A stretch of DNA of 64,000 nucleotides from Eledone cirrhosa. Taxonomy: Eukaryota. The first letter of the stretch is position 1; the number at the start of each line of letters is the position of its first letter. Below are positions 1-14,000 of this stretch, one piece after another. A program made the position numbers and the translations under genes. Location: the NCBI GenBank assembly GCA_964016885.1, contig OZ024743.1, positions 93,868,001-93,932,000 of the forward strand, written 5' to 3'. Under the pieces are notes generated by a model. That model did not search any database. It had not been told where the DNA came from and saw only the letters and a program-made list of their open reading frames with translations.

Positions 1-607
1 AATCAACACATTATGGGCATGGTTTTAAAATTCTCATGAACAGAGAAAATATTTATGAAGTTTTGATAGTATAAACACAAGGGGTGGAAATCAAAATGAA
101 TAGAGACTAGTTGAAAGAGATCAACTAAGAGAACACTGTATAAGGATTCAGGAGATAGAAGAGATACTAAGAGCGAGAAAGGGGAAAGATTGAGCGAAAT
201 AAAACAAAACAAGATTGAAAGAAAAGACATGTGTGTATCCAATATGTGTAGGGAATATTTATGTATTAAAACATTCAAATAATAAACATTTGTTGGGAAT
301 GTTCTCAAGGCAACACATAAATAAAACTTATGACGATATAGTAAATGTAGAAAAAAAGTTTCATTGTGAAATAATTGCTTCAGATATTTTAACAACCTTA
401 TTTTTGTAGAATTTAAAGTTGGTGAAAATTGTCAAATTGTTGGCTTAGGTTACCCCCCCCCCCCCCCCCATTATACCATCAAATTTTATTTATTTTATTT
501 TTTATTTTGGGGTGGAGGTCACATTTTCTTCAGCTTATATTCAATTATAAACGGTAATTTATTTATTTAGATGTACAAGATGTTTCAATACTTTTTCTCT
601 TTTCTAG

Positions 608-694
608 GAATATGTGAATTTGTTGATGCCACCTTTGATTCAGAAATGGAATGTGCTGAAAGATGAAGACAAAGACCTTTTCCCTCTTCTTGAA
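608..694 (+). CDS. TNPO1: Transportin exon [29 protein letters not shown]
   Basis: ttctag/GT boundaries, 87 nt, conserved transportin peptide. Confidence 0.95.
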
Positions 695-1621
695 GTAATA
701 TACTTCTTCCTTATTTGTTTCTGATTAAGCTTTAGTTTAATGATCCAAATATTTTAATTCTTGATGAATTATGTCTTAAGTAGTTATAATGCTGATTGGT
801 TGAAGATTAGACAAGTAAAATAGGTGTATTTAGCTGTATAGAATATTATGTTAGTTACATACACTAGCCCAGATGTGAAGGAACCTTTTCATGTTGAAAG
901 CCTACATTATTACTTATAATATAATAAAGCCAAATTCAAGAAACCATAATTATATATTAAAATTTTGATAACCACTGGCATATGAAATCCAGCCTCATGT
1001 GATAGTGGCTCTAGTCAAGCAGGAATTTAATGTACATTTTAGAATCTCAGAACTAAAACATGAGTGTAGAAAGTGCTGAAATGGTTCCTATGATCTACTA
1101 TTTTAAAATTGTGGCAGTGTGGATTATTTTGTTGAAATTTCTTTTACTCTTTGTTATTTAAAATATGGTTATTAAAATAAGCGATAGACAAAACATAATA
1201 AGAATTAAAAATTTGTTGGAAATTTTTGATTCTTTCAAAAGGCTGCAGGTACCCCATCTCTGCACTAGCTAGGATATCCAGCCATTGAAAAGTTAACCAG
1301 ACAAAGCTGTGCTATAGACATACCAACCTCTCTCATAGTGTTGGTCATCCATGCAATAAATGATTACCCATTACACTTCTGTGCAGTGGTTGGTGACAGG
1401 AAGGGCTTCCAGTTATAAGAAAAACCTGCCAAACAAAGGGTGGGATGACTCTTCAATTATGCCAAGGACTTGACATCTTTCCTAGTATTGGTGCCATGAT
1501 AAAATGCATGCAGTCCATGGCAACATATCCAACTCTTGCTACCAGGGAAAACTGACGTTTGACAATGGTGATGATCTTGTATTGTGAGTGTGTGTGTGTA
1601 TAATTATGTATTTGATATATT

Positions 1622-1655
<34 letters not shown>

Positions 1656-1990
1656 GATGGAGGCACGTGGCTTAGTGGTTAGAGCATTGGCCTTGCAATC
1701 GAAAGGTTGTGAGTTCAATTCTCAGACCGGGTGATGTGTTGTTTCCTTGAGCAAGACACTTTATTTCACATTGCTCCAGTTTACTCAGCTGTAGAAATGA
1801 GATGATAGGACTGGGTTCCCTATCATTCCACTGCAAAGTGGTCGTGGATGTGCCACGGCCAAAAATCACTCAGCACTCACTGTAAATGAGGTTGGTGTTA
1901 GGAAGGGCATCCAGCTGTAGAAATCAAGCCAGAGATCAGTTCCCGTCCCACCCTTGCAAGCAGGGAAAAAGCGGACGTAAAATGAAATGA

Positions 1991-2047
<57 letters not shown>

Positions 2048-5000
2048 GAGAGAGAGAGAGAGATGATATAGGCCTGCACATCATTGATTGTATTTGTTGT
2101 TATAACAGTAAATAAAAAAACTGTTTCTTCTACAGTGTCTGTCAAGTGTTGCGACAGCTTTACAATCTGGATTTCTCCCTTATTGTGAACCAGTCTATAA
2201 ACGATGTGTTTCACTTGTAGAGCAGACTCTCAACCAAAACTTTGTAAGTAAACTTTTTAATTCATTGTTTTCATGAAATGTAAGTTTGGGTGGGTGGCAG
2301 AGCTGGTTAAGTAGTGTTTAGTATAAAACCAAGTTGTATTTAGAATTAGTGTTAGAAAAGAAAAAGATGGATTTTGTAGAAATATTTTTATTGAAGTGGT
2401 GAAACCCATCTTGGTTGATGGATGTTATTTGAGCAGTCAACAACTCACTTCCAAATTTAAACATTCAGTTGTTTAATTTGTATTTATTTATTGTTAGTTT
2501 TCTTCAGATATAAACCATTTATGACTTATTCTATATGTTGATAACAACAAAGTAATGTTTTTAATACCATCCTGCCAAAAGAAAAGTGCCTCTCTATTCA
2601 TGAGACAAAATCACCCATTTTAAAAGGTTTCATCATCATCATCATCTACTTATATAAAATTATATTGGAAGATTTTAATTTAAGAACATTTTCTTAGGAA
2701 CACAATATTAACGAAATATAGTAAATCTTCCTAAATTCTTCATTAATTAGAAATACTGTAATGAAAGGTTTTATACAAGTCTTGCTAGTATGTAATTATT
2801 TACCTACACTTTTTTTAGTGTATTCTATCGGTTTTCTTTGTCATTTCTTCATATTTTTATTTATTTCAGGCCAACTTGACACATCCAGAACAGTATGACC
2901 CACCAGACAAGGACTTCATGATAGTTGCCTTGGATCTTTTAAGTGGCCTTGCTGAAGGACTTGAGCATCATATAGAAGGTCTTGTTGCTAATAGTAACAT
3001 ACTTAAATTGCTCTTTCAGTGTATGCAGGTGAGATGTGGAACAGTATTGTTAATCTTCTTAACCCCATTTTCTTTATTCAGCACTAGCACTGATCTGGCA
3101 ATGTTTGTGTATTGTCTCAAAGTAACAGAAGGTAGAAGGTGATGTGAGAGATTTGGCTATAAATAAGTGTAACCATCTCCCATGTGCATTTACATACACA
3201 TGTAGTATATATAGGTGGCAGTATTGGTGCCACAACAAAATGCACGCAGTCCACACTGTAAAGCAGTTAGTGTTAGGAAGTGCATTCAGTTATAGAAACC
3301 AAGTTATAGAAACCAAGCAGAACATACAAGTAAGACATGGTTACCTGGCCAGTCAAGGCTTGATTATGCAGCAATCCGTCTAACCTATCCAAGTATGAAA
3401 AATGGATGGGTCCGAACCACTGGGGTTTCTCTGCAATTCTTTATGCAGCTGCTATCTTCCATGTGCATCACACATGTCCAATGCAATAATTCCTCTTATA
3501 CCAAAGTAAAAGTGCAGGGTTTTATTTAAAGATTATTTTCCCTTTAATCCAACAGAATAAATTTGTTATATTAAATTTAATCTAACAATTAAAAAAATAT
3601 TTATTCTGTTGGGTTAAAGCAAAAAATAATCTTTGAATTGTATGGAACTTTACCTACTTTTTCATCTACACATACTCATACATACAGAAGGCAGTAGAAT
3701 GCGTAATTGAAGGAGATTTGGCTGCTATTTCTAACATCTCAGCTATCTTGAATTTGAATCCACCACAATCCCTATAAGCACTCTTAATGTCCTGGAATGA
3801 TTTAGCTGAACATATCTAAAAATAGGTTTGTTAATTAGTGTTTACCAGTAGAGATTATTGTAAACATTTGCAGCAAATTAGACTAATTTTTAATGTGATG
3901 GAGTCATATTGTTGTTTTGTGCTCTTTCTAGAATGTCTTGCTTTATGGTTTGGTGTGGTACAGGATATTAAAAGTTAAGTTAAAGATCACAGAGGGAATC
4001 AATATCTCACCACTTTTGAAATAGAATTAGATAAGAAGTTTGGTCAGGGTGTTTTACAATGAAATGTTTATGTAAATAAGTGTGCTATTCAGTTTATGTT
4101 AGTCATATTGACATATATGTGGAGATGTGTGGTTCAGTGGTAAGGGTGTTGGACTTATGGGTTTCATTCCTGCACTGGGTTGTGTTATGTGTTCTTGAGA
4201 AAAACATTTTGTTTCACGTTCTAGCATCATACTCAGCTGAAAACGAGTACTACCAATAGCTGGGGATTTAATCATATGAAGGAACAGAAACTGGGATAAG
4301 CACTGGCCATGTGATCCTCCTGGCTCAAGATATTCAGCAGATTTATAAAATAATAGTGAAAATTATTGTGTACAATCAGATGTGTATTGAATGGATGATT
4401 GGCCTTATGAATTCTAATATATAGTGAAGCTGGTTTCAGATACAAACGTGCCACTGTCATCAACTTTTACCAATAAAACTAGAAGTGAATGTATGTAAAA
4501 TTGGAACTAGTGATAACGGAATGTATAGCTTTCCTTGTGTCGTTTTTAAATTTAACATATAAATTGAAACAAACTTTTTGACATTTTTTTCCACTAGGAC
4601 CCAATGCCTGAAGTTAGACAAAGTTCTTTCGCTTTGCTAGGAGACCTGACTAAAGCTTGCTTCCAACATGTTAAACCATGTATAGGTAAGTATTTTATTC
4701 ATACTTTGGGTACAATTCCTTTTATATTTACATCCAGGGTTCTAAATTTTGATGGTTTGAAATTCATGATTTGACAAAATAATTTGGAGAAAGTTATAGT
4801 AAAGAATATTGACTTTCGTCATTATATATAGTCTTCTGTGAGCAAAGGTTTTGAATCCTCTATCTGAAAATATTTGAATTACAGATTAACCTTTATATCT
4901 TACCCCGTTTTTTTTTCTTTTACACCAAACTGCCTGAAATTACTGCTGGTTCTATCATACAAAACTATTTTAAATTGATTATATTTATCTAAAAACCTCT

Positions 5001-8000
5001 CATAATTTTATGTAAGAACCAAACATTAGCTAAATTATGTAAAATTTAACATTTTAAGTAAATCTCTCCAAATTTTTGATTTTCCGAATTGAAATACATA
5101 ACGAAGGGGTTAATAAACAAAAATCTGTTTCCTTGTTTAGGTGAATTTATGCCAATACTTGGTGCTAATTTGAATCCAGAATACATATCAGTGTGTAATA
5201 ATGCAACATGGGCTATTGGTGAAATTTCCATCAAAATGGGTAATTGTATGTTTTGCTTATTTTTTTTGCTCAATAGTTATTTTTTTTTTTGTTGTTTTAC
5301 TGCTACGACTACCACAACTGTGACTACTACAACCACCACAACTGACTCAACTATGACTATTACAACTATGACTACTACAACTACTGCCACGATGACACAA
5401 CTGACTACTTCTTCAACCACTACGATGACACTACTATGACTATACTATTGATATATGATAAATGATAATGCTTTTGATTATTTTAATTTTAAAAGTAAAT
5501 AAATCTAAGTTAAAATTTGACATAGTTGATTCATTTAAATAATGGGAATGTTAAAACAATCTGAAAATAAAATTTAACTATTAATAATTATTAGTTTGAT
5601 ATTTGAAATGGTTGTTGTATGAAATGTTATATTGTTATTAAATAGTATTATTATAGAAACGGTAGAGCGTCAGACACCATGCTTTGCAGCATAGTTATGG
5701 CCCATTACATTCTGAGTTCAAATCCTGCCACGGTTAGCTTTGCCTTTCATCCTTACAGGGTTGATAAAATAAAGTACCAGTAATGCACTGGGGTCGATTA
5801 ATCGACTTTCCCCACCCTCTAAATTGCTAGCCTTTGTGCCTATAGTAGAAATCATTACAGAATGGAAGATAAATACTATTTAAAATTATTAGTTTGATAT
5901 TTGAAATGGTTGTTGTATGAAATATTATATTGTTATAGAATGAACGATATATATCAGTTTCTGATTGTATTAAAGGTGTTTTTTTTTTTTTTTTTTTTTT
6001 TTTTATTTTAACCAATCAATCAGGTCATGAAATACAGCCATATATAAATTTAGTTGTCACACCTCTTATTGAAATAATCAATCGACCGAACACCCCAAAG
6101 ACTCTGCTGGAGAACACAGGTCAGTAAAGATGTATTGGTTGTTATAAATGCTAATAATTAAATATGTCTCTCTAGTGGATTGATGATATACCATAGAAAT
6201 GTGCAAACAATAATTCTCTGTAACACATTCTTATAGATTTATTCAAACTATTAATGTGGAAGATTTTCATTTATTGCTTATCCCTTACAGTTGTAGATTA
6301 AAATTTAAAAAAAAATTGAGCAGTTAGCATAACTTAAATTTCTAAGAATACATCAAATTATCAGATGTTTAAATTTTACCCAGACATATTGCGAAGTTGT
6401 ATTATACATTTCCCTCTAAAGTGAATACTCCTGTAAGTATATAATGTTCCTATTTGTTTTGTCATAAGTTTTGTTGTTTAAAAAAAAAAACTCATTTTCT
6501 CGTACACTGTTTTAGACAGAAAAGTGTTTTCTTGGTTTTTCTTCTAATTTGTTTTTAAAGAAATTCTCTTGAAAAATCTTCATTGAATGAAAAACTTGTT
6601 TCACTGAAACACTGTTGATTCTGTGTTGTTCTCCTCTGGCAGACACCTGTACACTTTTTAAAAATATATAAATGTGTATGTTGCTAAGAAATGTCTGAAC
6701 ATTAGTTGGTAGGTAGAGCTGGGTGTGTAAAATAATCTGAAACAAATTGGAGGTCAAACTATCAAGTAGATATATCAGGCAGAAATAACTGAGTTTTTTC
6801 TTTTTATACTCAGTGTTACTTTTACACCATTATTAGAATATTTTTTGTTTGTCATGAACTAGATATTTCGTTTTAATTTGATAAGTTTTTTTTTTTATTT
6901 ACTTAATAACATACTCTATTAGTAGTTACTAATATCATAATAATAATGTTATTATCACAATGTTTTATGGACGAGATTGGTTACCTTCAGCATGTCTTAG
7001 GATCACATCTATCGTGTGACAACTAGTATACTAGTTCAAAATAAATTTTAAAACCAAACAATTCGCCTTCTGAATTTCACTAACAATTTTAGAAATGTTA
7101 TCTTAACCCTATTATCCAGGGAGACATTTATTGACTAGCAGGGCTCCACACTCAAAATACATAAAAACATAGGTCTCAAATATAAGATTGATTAAAAACT
7201 ATTAAACTGAAACACCAAAAAGTTGAGATTGCCTGGAGTTGAGAATCTGTTAATTTAATAATATTGTGCCAGTCTTCCTATTATATGGACTTTTTATTTT
7301 TACACAGATATTCCAACAAACACCAAACTTGGTCTTGATCAGTTAGTAAGGAATGTCTTTGTATGCTAAATCAATGTTGTATCTGACATTTTTTTCACGA
7401 CAGATAGTACACATGGTTTCCTGATGTGTCCTGGGGGACAGCAAAGTGATGAGGGCCTGTTAACAAGCTATAGTTCATGTTTCCTTTCCTGTGTGGATGA
7501 CTAATAAAATATTTGTTTGTTTATTTGGTGATGGGCATTTGACTACATGTAGAAATTGTATCAAGTCCACATAAGTAGTATTTTCTGCTTTTGTGGAGGC
7601 ATATCATCTGATTGTTTTTGTGTTAAACTGGCATTGACATACCTTATACAGACCCATTCATATTTTCTGATTGTTTTTGTGTTAAACTGGCATTGACATT
7701 CCTTATACAGACCCATTCATATTTTCTCTGGCTGCTGTGAATATATCTTTAGGACTAATAATTTAATGTGAAAAAGATTGGTTAGACATGCCAAACAGTT
7801 TCTTATCAATTCTCTAGCCTTTATTCATCAATAACATAGAACATCCAGATACAACCATGAATTGTATCTTAACATAAATTAGGTGGGGACATGTTTTCCC
7901 TCACTCGGTCAGTTGTCTCTTTTAATCTGGTTTGAAAATCAAATAAATATTCCATATACAATTTGTCTAATGAATGTTTTCATTTCATCTGATGACACTG

Positions 8001-11000
8001 ATGTAATGTACTTAGCATAGTAAGAATTTATCTTTTATTTATGAGGTTAAGAAGCATGTATGTTTTTCATATTACAAATTCTCTCAAAATGCATTAACCA
8101 AGAATAAACTCAAGATCAATAGCTGTACTTTCTAATATTATGAAGTGGGGTATGTTTTGTGGTCCTGCATTTTTACTATCAAATTATAAATCAATATTTG
8201 GTGCCGGAAAAATATTATTCCAGTATGCATCAAAATCTGCATCATCATTACCATTAGCTAATTGAGAATCACACTCCATCTTTGGGATACATTGTTACGA
8301 CTTTCAACTTGGGTTGACCTGAAGTCATCCTTTGGAAACTTTTGATTGAATTCCTGTTCATCATCATCAAATTATTTACACCATTATCTTTTCTCCCTAG
8401 AAGTGCACAACTTCATGGTAAAAAAAAAAGCAAGAATATTTGAAAAATTACTCAAAGGAACAGCCAAAGTGGCACCAGTGGAACTGTCTTAAGCCACCAG
8501 TACAGAATTAGGCTGTTCACAAATAAATATCTTTAGTTTGACCAAGTTTTTAACACAAGTCCAATTCTTGTACCTGGAATTTGGTTGAGTGTCAAGTCTA
8601 AAACACTAGGTAAAACAAGAATACAACTCTAATGTAAATATACAGAATGATGTACTCAAGATGCTATAAAATAGAATATAAAGTTAATGTATAGAATGAT
8701 GTGCTCATATGCCGATATACTATTTTAAAGCATCTCAGTACATGAGCACACCATTCTTTATATCCTCAGCACTTAAAAGTCCAAGAGATGTATATTTATT
8801 TAGAAAGTTGTTTTGTTTTTTCACTAAGAGAAATTGATTGTAGATTTCTTTCTAAAAACCACTAGTACTAGCTCTTTAAAAATTGATTGAAAATTTCCAT
8901 TCTCCCGCAATCTTGGGGTGTGTGTGTGTGGGGTGGGGGTGGGGGGTAAATTCTTTTGTACTTGCAATAGTTTAATAAACTTTATGGTGTAGTAATTTCA
9001 TACTAGTACTTTTGGTTTGATAGTTATCAGTGATGTTGATCATTAAATTGAAATATTTCTTGTTTTTTTTTTTTTTTCCTTTTGTGAACAAACATACCCC
9101 TTCAAGCATATTGAATTAGATATCGATAGAGCTTTTGTTTGTAAATAATTTTCATTGATTTACTGCTACTTTCAAGTTGTTGTAATATGAGCATTGTTTA
9201 ACCCTTTAGCGTTCAAAGCGACAAAAACCGACAAAATTATGTCCCCTTTCATTTATTCAAACCGACAAAAACCGACATTTAATACCACACGGAGATTTCC
9301 TTCTAAAAATAAACATTGACATCATCGAAATCTCGTCAATTCGAGATTACTGCGAGATAAAGCCCTTACGCGCGAAAATTAACTCTTAGTATAGTTAAAG
9401 AACTTGCGATAACACGTGTTTTTAACGTTGAAAGTGTAACATGGCTTCCGAAAGTAGCGACAACGAATTTGAAGGTTTTACGTCCGACGACATTCGAGAT
9501 CAAAAAGAAACAGAAGATAATATCAGTGATTTATCTTCAAACGAATCAGACATATTTATTTCTGATATATCTGATAATGATGATAGTTACTTTGAAAGTG
9601 AAAGAGAAGATTTGACTGACACCATTGAAAAAATAGCAACGTGGTTGAAAGAAACATCGATACATGTTTCGGATTTTACTGAAAATATTGGACCACAACA
9701 CACATTACCACCCGATGCTAAAGCACTGGATTATTATTTTTTATTTTTACCACAATCTTTCTTCGAAGTTGTGGCAAATCGCTATGCACAACAACAAATT
9801 TCTAATATCGGAAAACCCGATCTGTTATGTTGTCCGACAGATTCTGCCGAAATGAAAGCGTTGTTTACCATAAATATTATGTTTGGTATTAAACAATTTC
9901 CACGACTGTGGAATTATTGGAGTACTGATATAAGGTTTGGTGACCCTTATATATCTAGTATTATGGCAAAAACGAGATTCATTAAATTAAACCAGTATTT
10001 GCATCTGGTTGATACTTCAAATGCCCCTGGTAGAAATGAATCAAATTACGACCCACTGTACAAAGTACGACCATTAATTGAAATATTGTCAGAAAAATTT
10101 AAAAGTGTGTATAACCTTATATATTGGGAACTTTCTATTACGTAATTTTACACCGTACATTTACAGAGTACATTGCCAATATTATTTTGACCGGTGAAAA
10201 GGTTTTATACATTTTTTTCAATGAAAATATTTGCCTGGAATGTAGAGAAAGACTAAAACCGTGTACTGATTACACCTGCATTTTTAATTAATTCACCTGT
10301 TCAGAAAACTGCTAGAATTGATGGAAATCAGCATCTAGGTCATTATTGGATTTTTTGGCAACAAATCTAACAGATAAGGCAGATAAAGTTTAAATTTTTG
10401 TGTTTATCCATAAAGTTATTACTTTTACACCTGTTAATTAATTTCACTTGCCCATAAAAGTCAAATTTAACAAAAAAAATCAGGTAAAAATATATAATTG
10501 TAAATTATAGTTATTTAAACATCTACTGACAAAATTTCAAGTCTGCACATAGAAAATTAAAGTAATTACAAACAAATAAAATTGATAACCCTCTTGAGTA
10601 TAATTAAGTGAAAATAATGCGAATAGATGAACATGACATTTGACAATTCAATGTGAATGCTAAAGGGTTAAAATAGTTGGCAGATGTCCAAAATTTAGTT
10701 AAGACATTTTTAAACTAAGATTTTTGTTACAGTCAAGATACACTGTTAAGCTTGATGCTTTATTGTATCAAGTTGTCTTTTGTTGTGTGAGTTCATAATC
10801 AAGTAAGCTGTTTGCCACCCATTCCCCAGCCTTAATAACAAATAATGTACTCAGATTCAATCAACTAAACTTCTCTTAATCATTTTCTCACTGTTAATTA
10901 ATTTTTTTTATTAATGATTCACTTGCTATAAAGTTACTTCATTACGAAGGCATGTAGCCTAGTGGCTAGGATGCTGGACTCAATACGGTTGTGAGTTTGA

Positions 11001-14000
11001 TTCCTGGATCGAGTTGCACGTTGTGTTCTTGAGTGAGGCACTTCATTTCATGATAGGACTATGACCCCTATCATTAAAACACTGGAGGAGTGTTGCAACA
11101 TTGTACAAGGCCAGCTAAACTTATATAGGTGTGAACTGCAAATTTCTTTGAGTGTCATAAAATCTTCCTACCACCCCATAATTTGATAGTACCTTACAGT
11201 AGTATGGCTAATAAATTGTAATTAAAGTAAAAAAAAATGCAAACAAAAATCTTTGGAAAATATATTCAAAGTATAAATGATAACTTGGTTTATTTGTCTA
11301 ATATCTAAGCTAAATTGTTTGATTTTAAACAGTTTGAATTGGTTCATATAAAACTGTATAGTAATGCTACTTCTTTTACTTAGCCAGCAATAGATTTATA
11401 AATTTAAAATGCAAATTCTGTTTTCTTTAAAATTCCTTATTTTGAGGATTTTTGTTCTTAGAACTTGAATTGATCTCCAAAATTATTTTTATCTTCTACA
11501 GTTTGATGACATTGGTGGCAACTGTCATTAATGTAACTCACTTTGCCTTTCATCCTTACAGGGTCGATAAAATAAAGTACCAGTAATGCACTTGGTAATT
11601 GCTGGCCTTGTGCCTAAAGTAGAAACAATTAATGTAACTCATGTATAGATTAAACTCTTAATACATTTATAGCTTCATACTAACTTTGTATTTAGGCTAG
11701 AACTTCTAGTAATTTCGCAATATATTTCATGAAATGCCTCAGAATATCCAAGGGTTTTTCCTGGACTTGACTCACATTTGTGCAGCCCAGAAAGTTTCAT
11801 TTGAATCAAACCACCTTTATTTTGATGGATGATTTTAAAATTATTATATATAATTGTTTCTACTTCAGGCACAAGGCCAGCAATTACTCAGTACATTACT
11901 GGTACTTTATTTTATCGACCCCGTAAGGATGAAAGGCAAAGTGAACCTCGGCGGGATTTGAACTCGGATCGTAAAGGGACGTAACTATGCTGGAAAGCAT
12001 GGCGTCTACCGATACTGCCAATACACCGCCCTTATAAAATTATTATATATAATGAATTCCTTAAAGAAATATTTTGGGAAAAGTATATATAGGAAACTTA
12101 TTTCAGATTTAATTCCTGTTGGTCTGGAGTCAATTGGGAGAATATTTACATTATAGAAAGGATTACTCTTGGGTCTCAAACAATCATGTGTGCCCCCCCC
12201 CCCCCCATTAATTTTTTAGATTTTCCCCAAACCGCTGCTCTTATTTCCCCCCCCCCCCCGCTTATTAAATTTGGCTAATCTCCGGCAAACATTTTTTTTT
12301 TTAGCCATTAAAAAACATACATTAAAAAGTGTATTTTTAGAAATACCATGCGTTAAAAAAAATAGTATAGGTTGGAGTCCGCGTGTAAACTAAACGACTA
12401 TTTTTGGTTTTAAAAAAAAACCAATGGAGACAACTTAGGAAAATTAACAATTTTCCTAACCCCTCTCCACACTTATTCCACCCCCACTTGTTTGGGACCT
12501 GAGAGTATTCTACATTCTCTCACCATTAATTATCTATATAAAAGCTAACATAGGTAATATCAAAATCTGTTATCTTGTAAAATATAAATATTTGCTTGTA
12601 TCATTCAAACTACTAAGTCATTGTACACCAATTTTCAATTAGCCACTAATAATTTCTATCCCAATTGCACTTATATCCAATTTTTTAATAGGAAGAATAA
12701 AATCTTAAGATTAGGTGAGCAGTTCTGTTAACTGTTATAATTTAGCAAACAATATCTAAAAACAGGTTTGTTAATTCAAATCTTTACAGTAACTTTAATT
12801 GTGAAAAGATTGTGAAAATTTTCAGTAAATTAAAGACTTTATTATTTAATGTAATACAGTCATAGTGGTATTTTGTACTTTCCAAAGAATGTTTTGTTAA
12901 TGTGGTTTCTTGTCATACAGGATGTTAAGAGTAAAATTTTGTTTTGTAGTTGTTGTGCAACTGTCTTTTATCTATCTGCTTGTCTCTGTCTTTGTCATAA
13001 GAAGTTAAAATTTAACTCTTAATATCTTGTAATGATTTAACAGACAATACCTAAAAAAAGAGTTTGATGATTCAAATACTTAGTCTCTTTACTAGTGGAC
13101 AGATCTTAGTGAAAATGTGCAGTATTAGTGTAAAGATTTGAATTTTTGATGTGATGCAGTCATTGTGGTGTTTTTTGTACTTTTCAAGAATATCTTGCAT
13201 TAGCAAAATATTCCTGAAAAGTACAAAATATGTGTACAGGATGTTAAGAGTTACTTCAAAATTATTTAAATAAAAAAAAAGATAATGAATAAATTGGTTG
13301 ATGAAACTGGGTAGTTGTATATAGTAGCTGGACATGGCACATATTTTTATGTCTTACTGTATCACAGTTTTCATTTGTATGTGTATTATGTGGACATGTT
13401 AGCCAATTAGTTTACATTGATTTATTACTGTTTTTCAGCTTTTCAATTATTTTATATTTGTTACTCATCAAAAGAAAGTAAGAGAGGAGAATCATAAGTT
13501 CTGAGAACTATTATCTGTAACAGATTTTAATAAAATAAGGTTTATCCTGTAAGCATAGAGGGATTGGTAAGAGGTGAAGTTCATATAGTTAGCATCTCTT
13601 AAGTTGTTGGGTATTGAAAATTGAATAAATTAAGGGAAAAAGGCTTCTCATATTGTCTAACTCTTTTGTTACCAACCCAGCAAAAGTCATGAAACAAAAC
13701 TACCCATTTGAAAAAATTCTTATTTTAAATATAATCTTCCAACATAATTTTATATAAGAACCATAAGTTAAGTTACTATTTCATTAACAAAATAATTAAT
13801 AATTTTAATATATCCCTTAAAATTCTTCATTAATTTAAATAAAGTATATTTCATTAGAAATGTGGTAACAAAATGATTAAACATCATTACTTTGCAAGGT
13901 TGATGTAATATAAGTGTTGTGATGAAGGAACCTTGGTTTAGTAAAGCAATTGGATTAGGTTTGTTTCTACCACATAAAACTTTTTGTTTGCAATGCAGGG

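Noticed and set aside
1659-1730. tRNA genes at SINE heads
   Set aside because: A/B boxes continue into SINE body and tail in multiple dispersed copies; no proper cloverleaf end.
9400-9445. piggyBac exon-trap fusion to transportin (CSB-PGBD3-like)
   Set aside because: Weak acceptor, and the nearest AG gives an immediate in-frame TAA from the phase-1 upstream exon.
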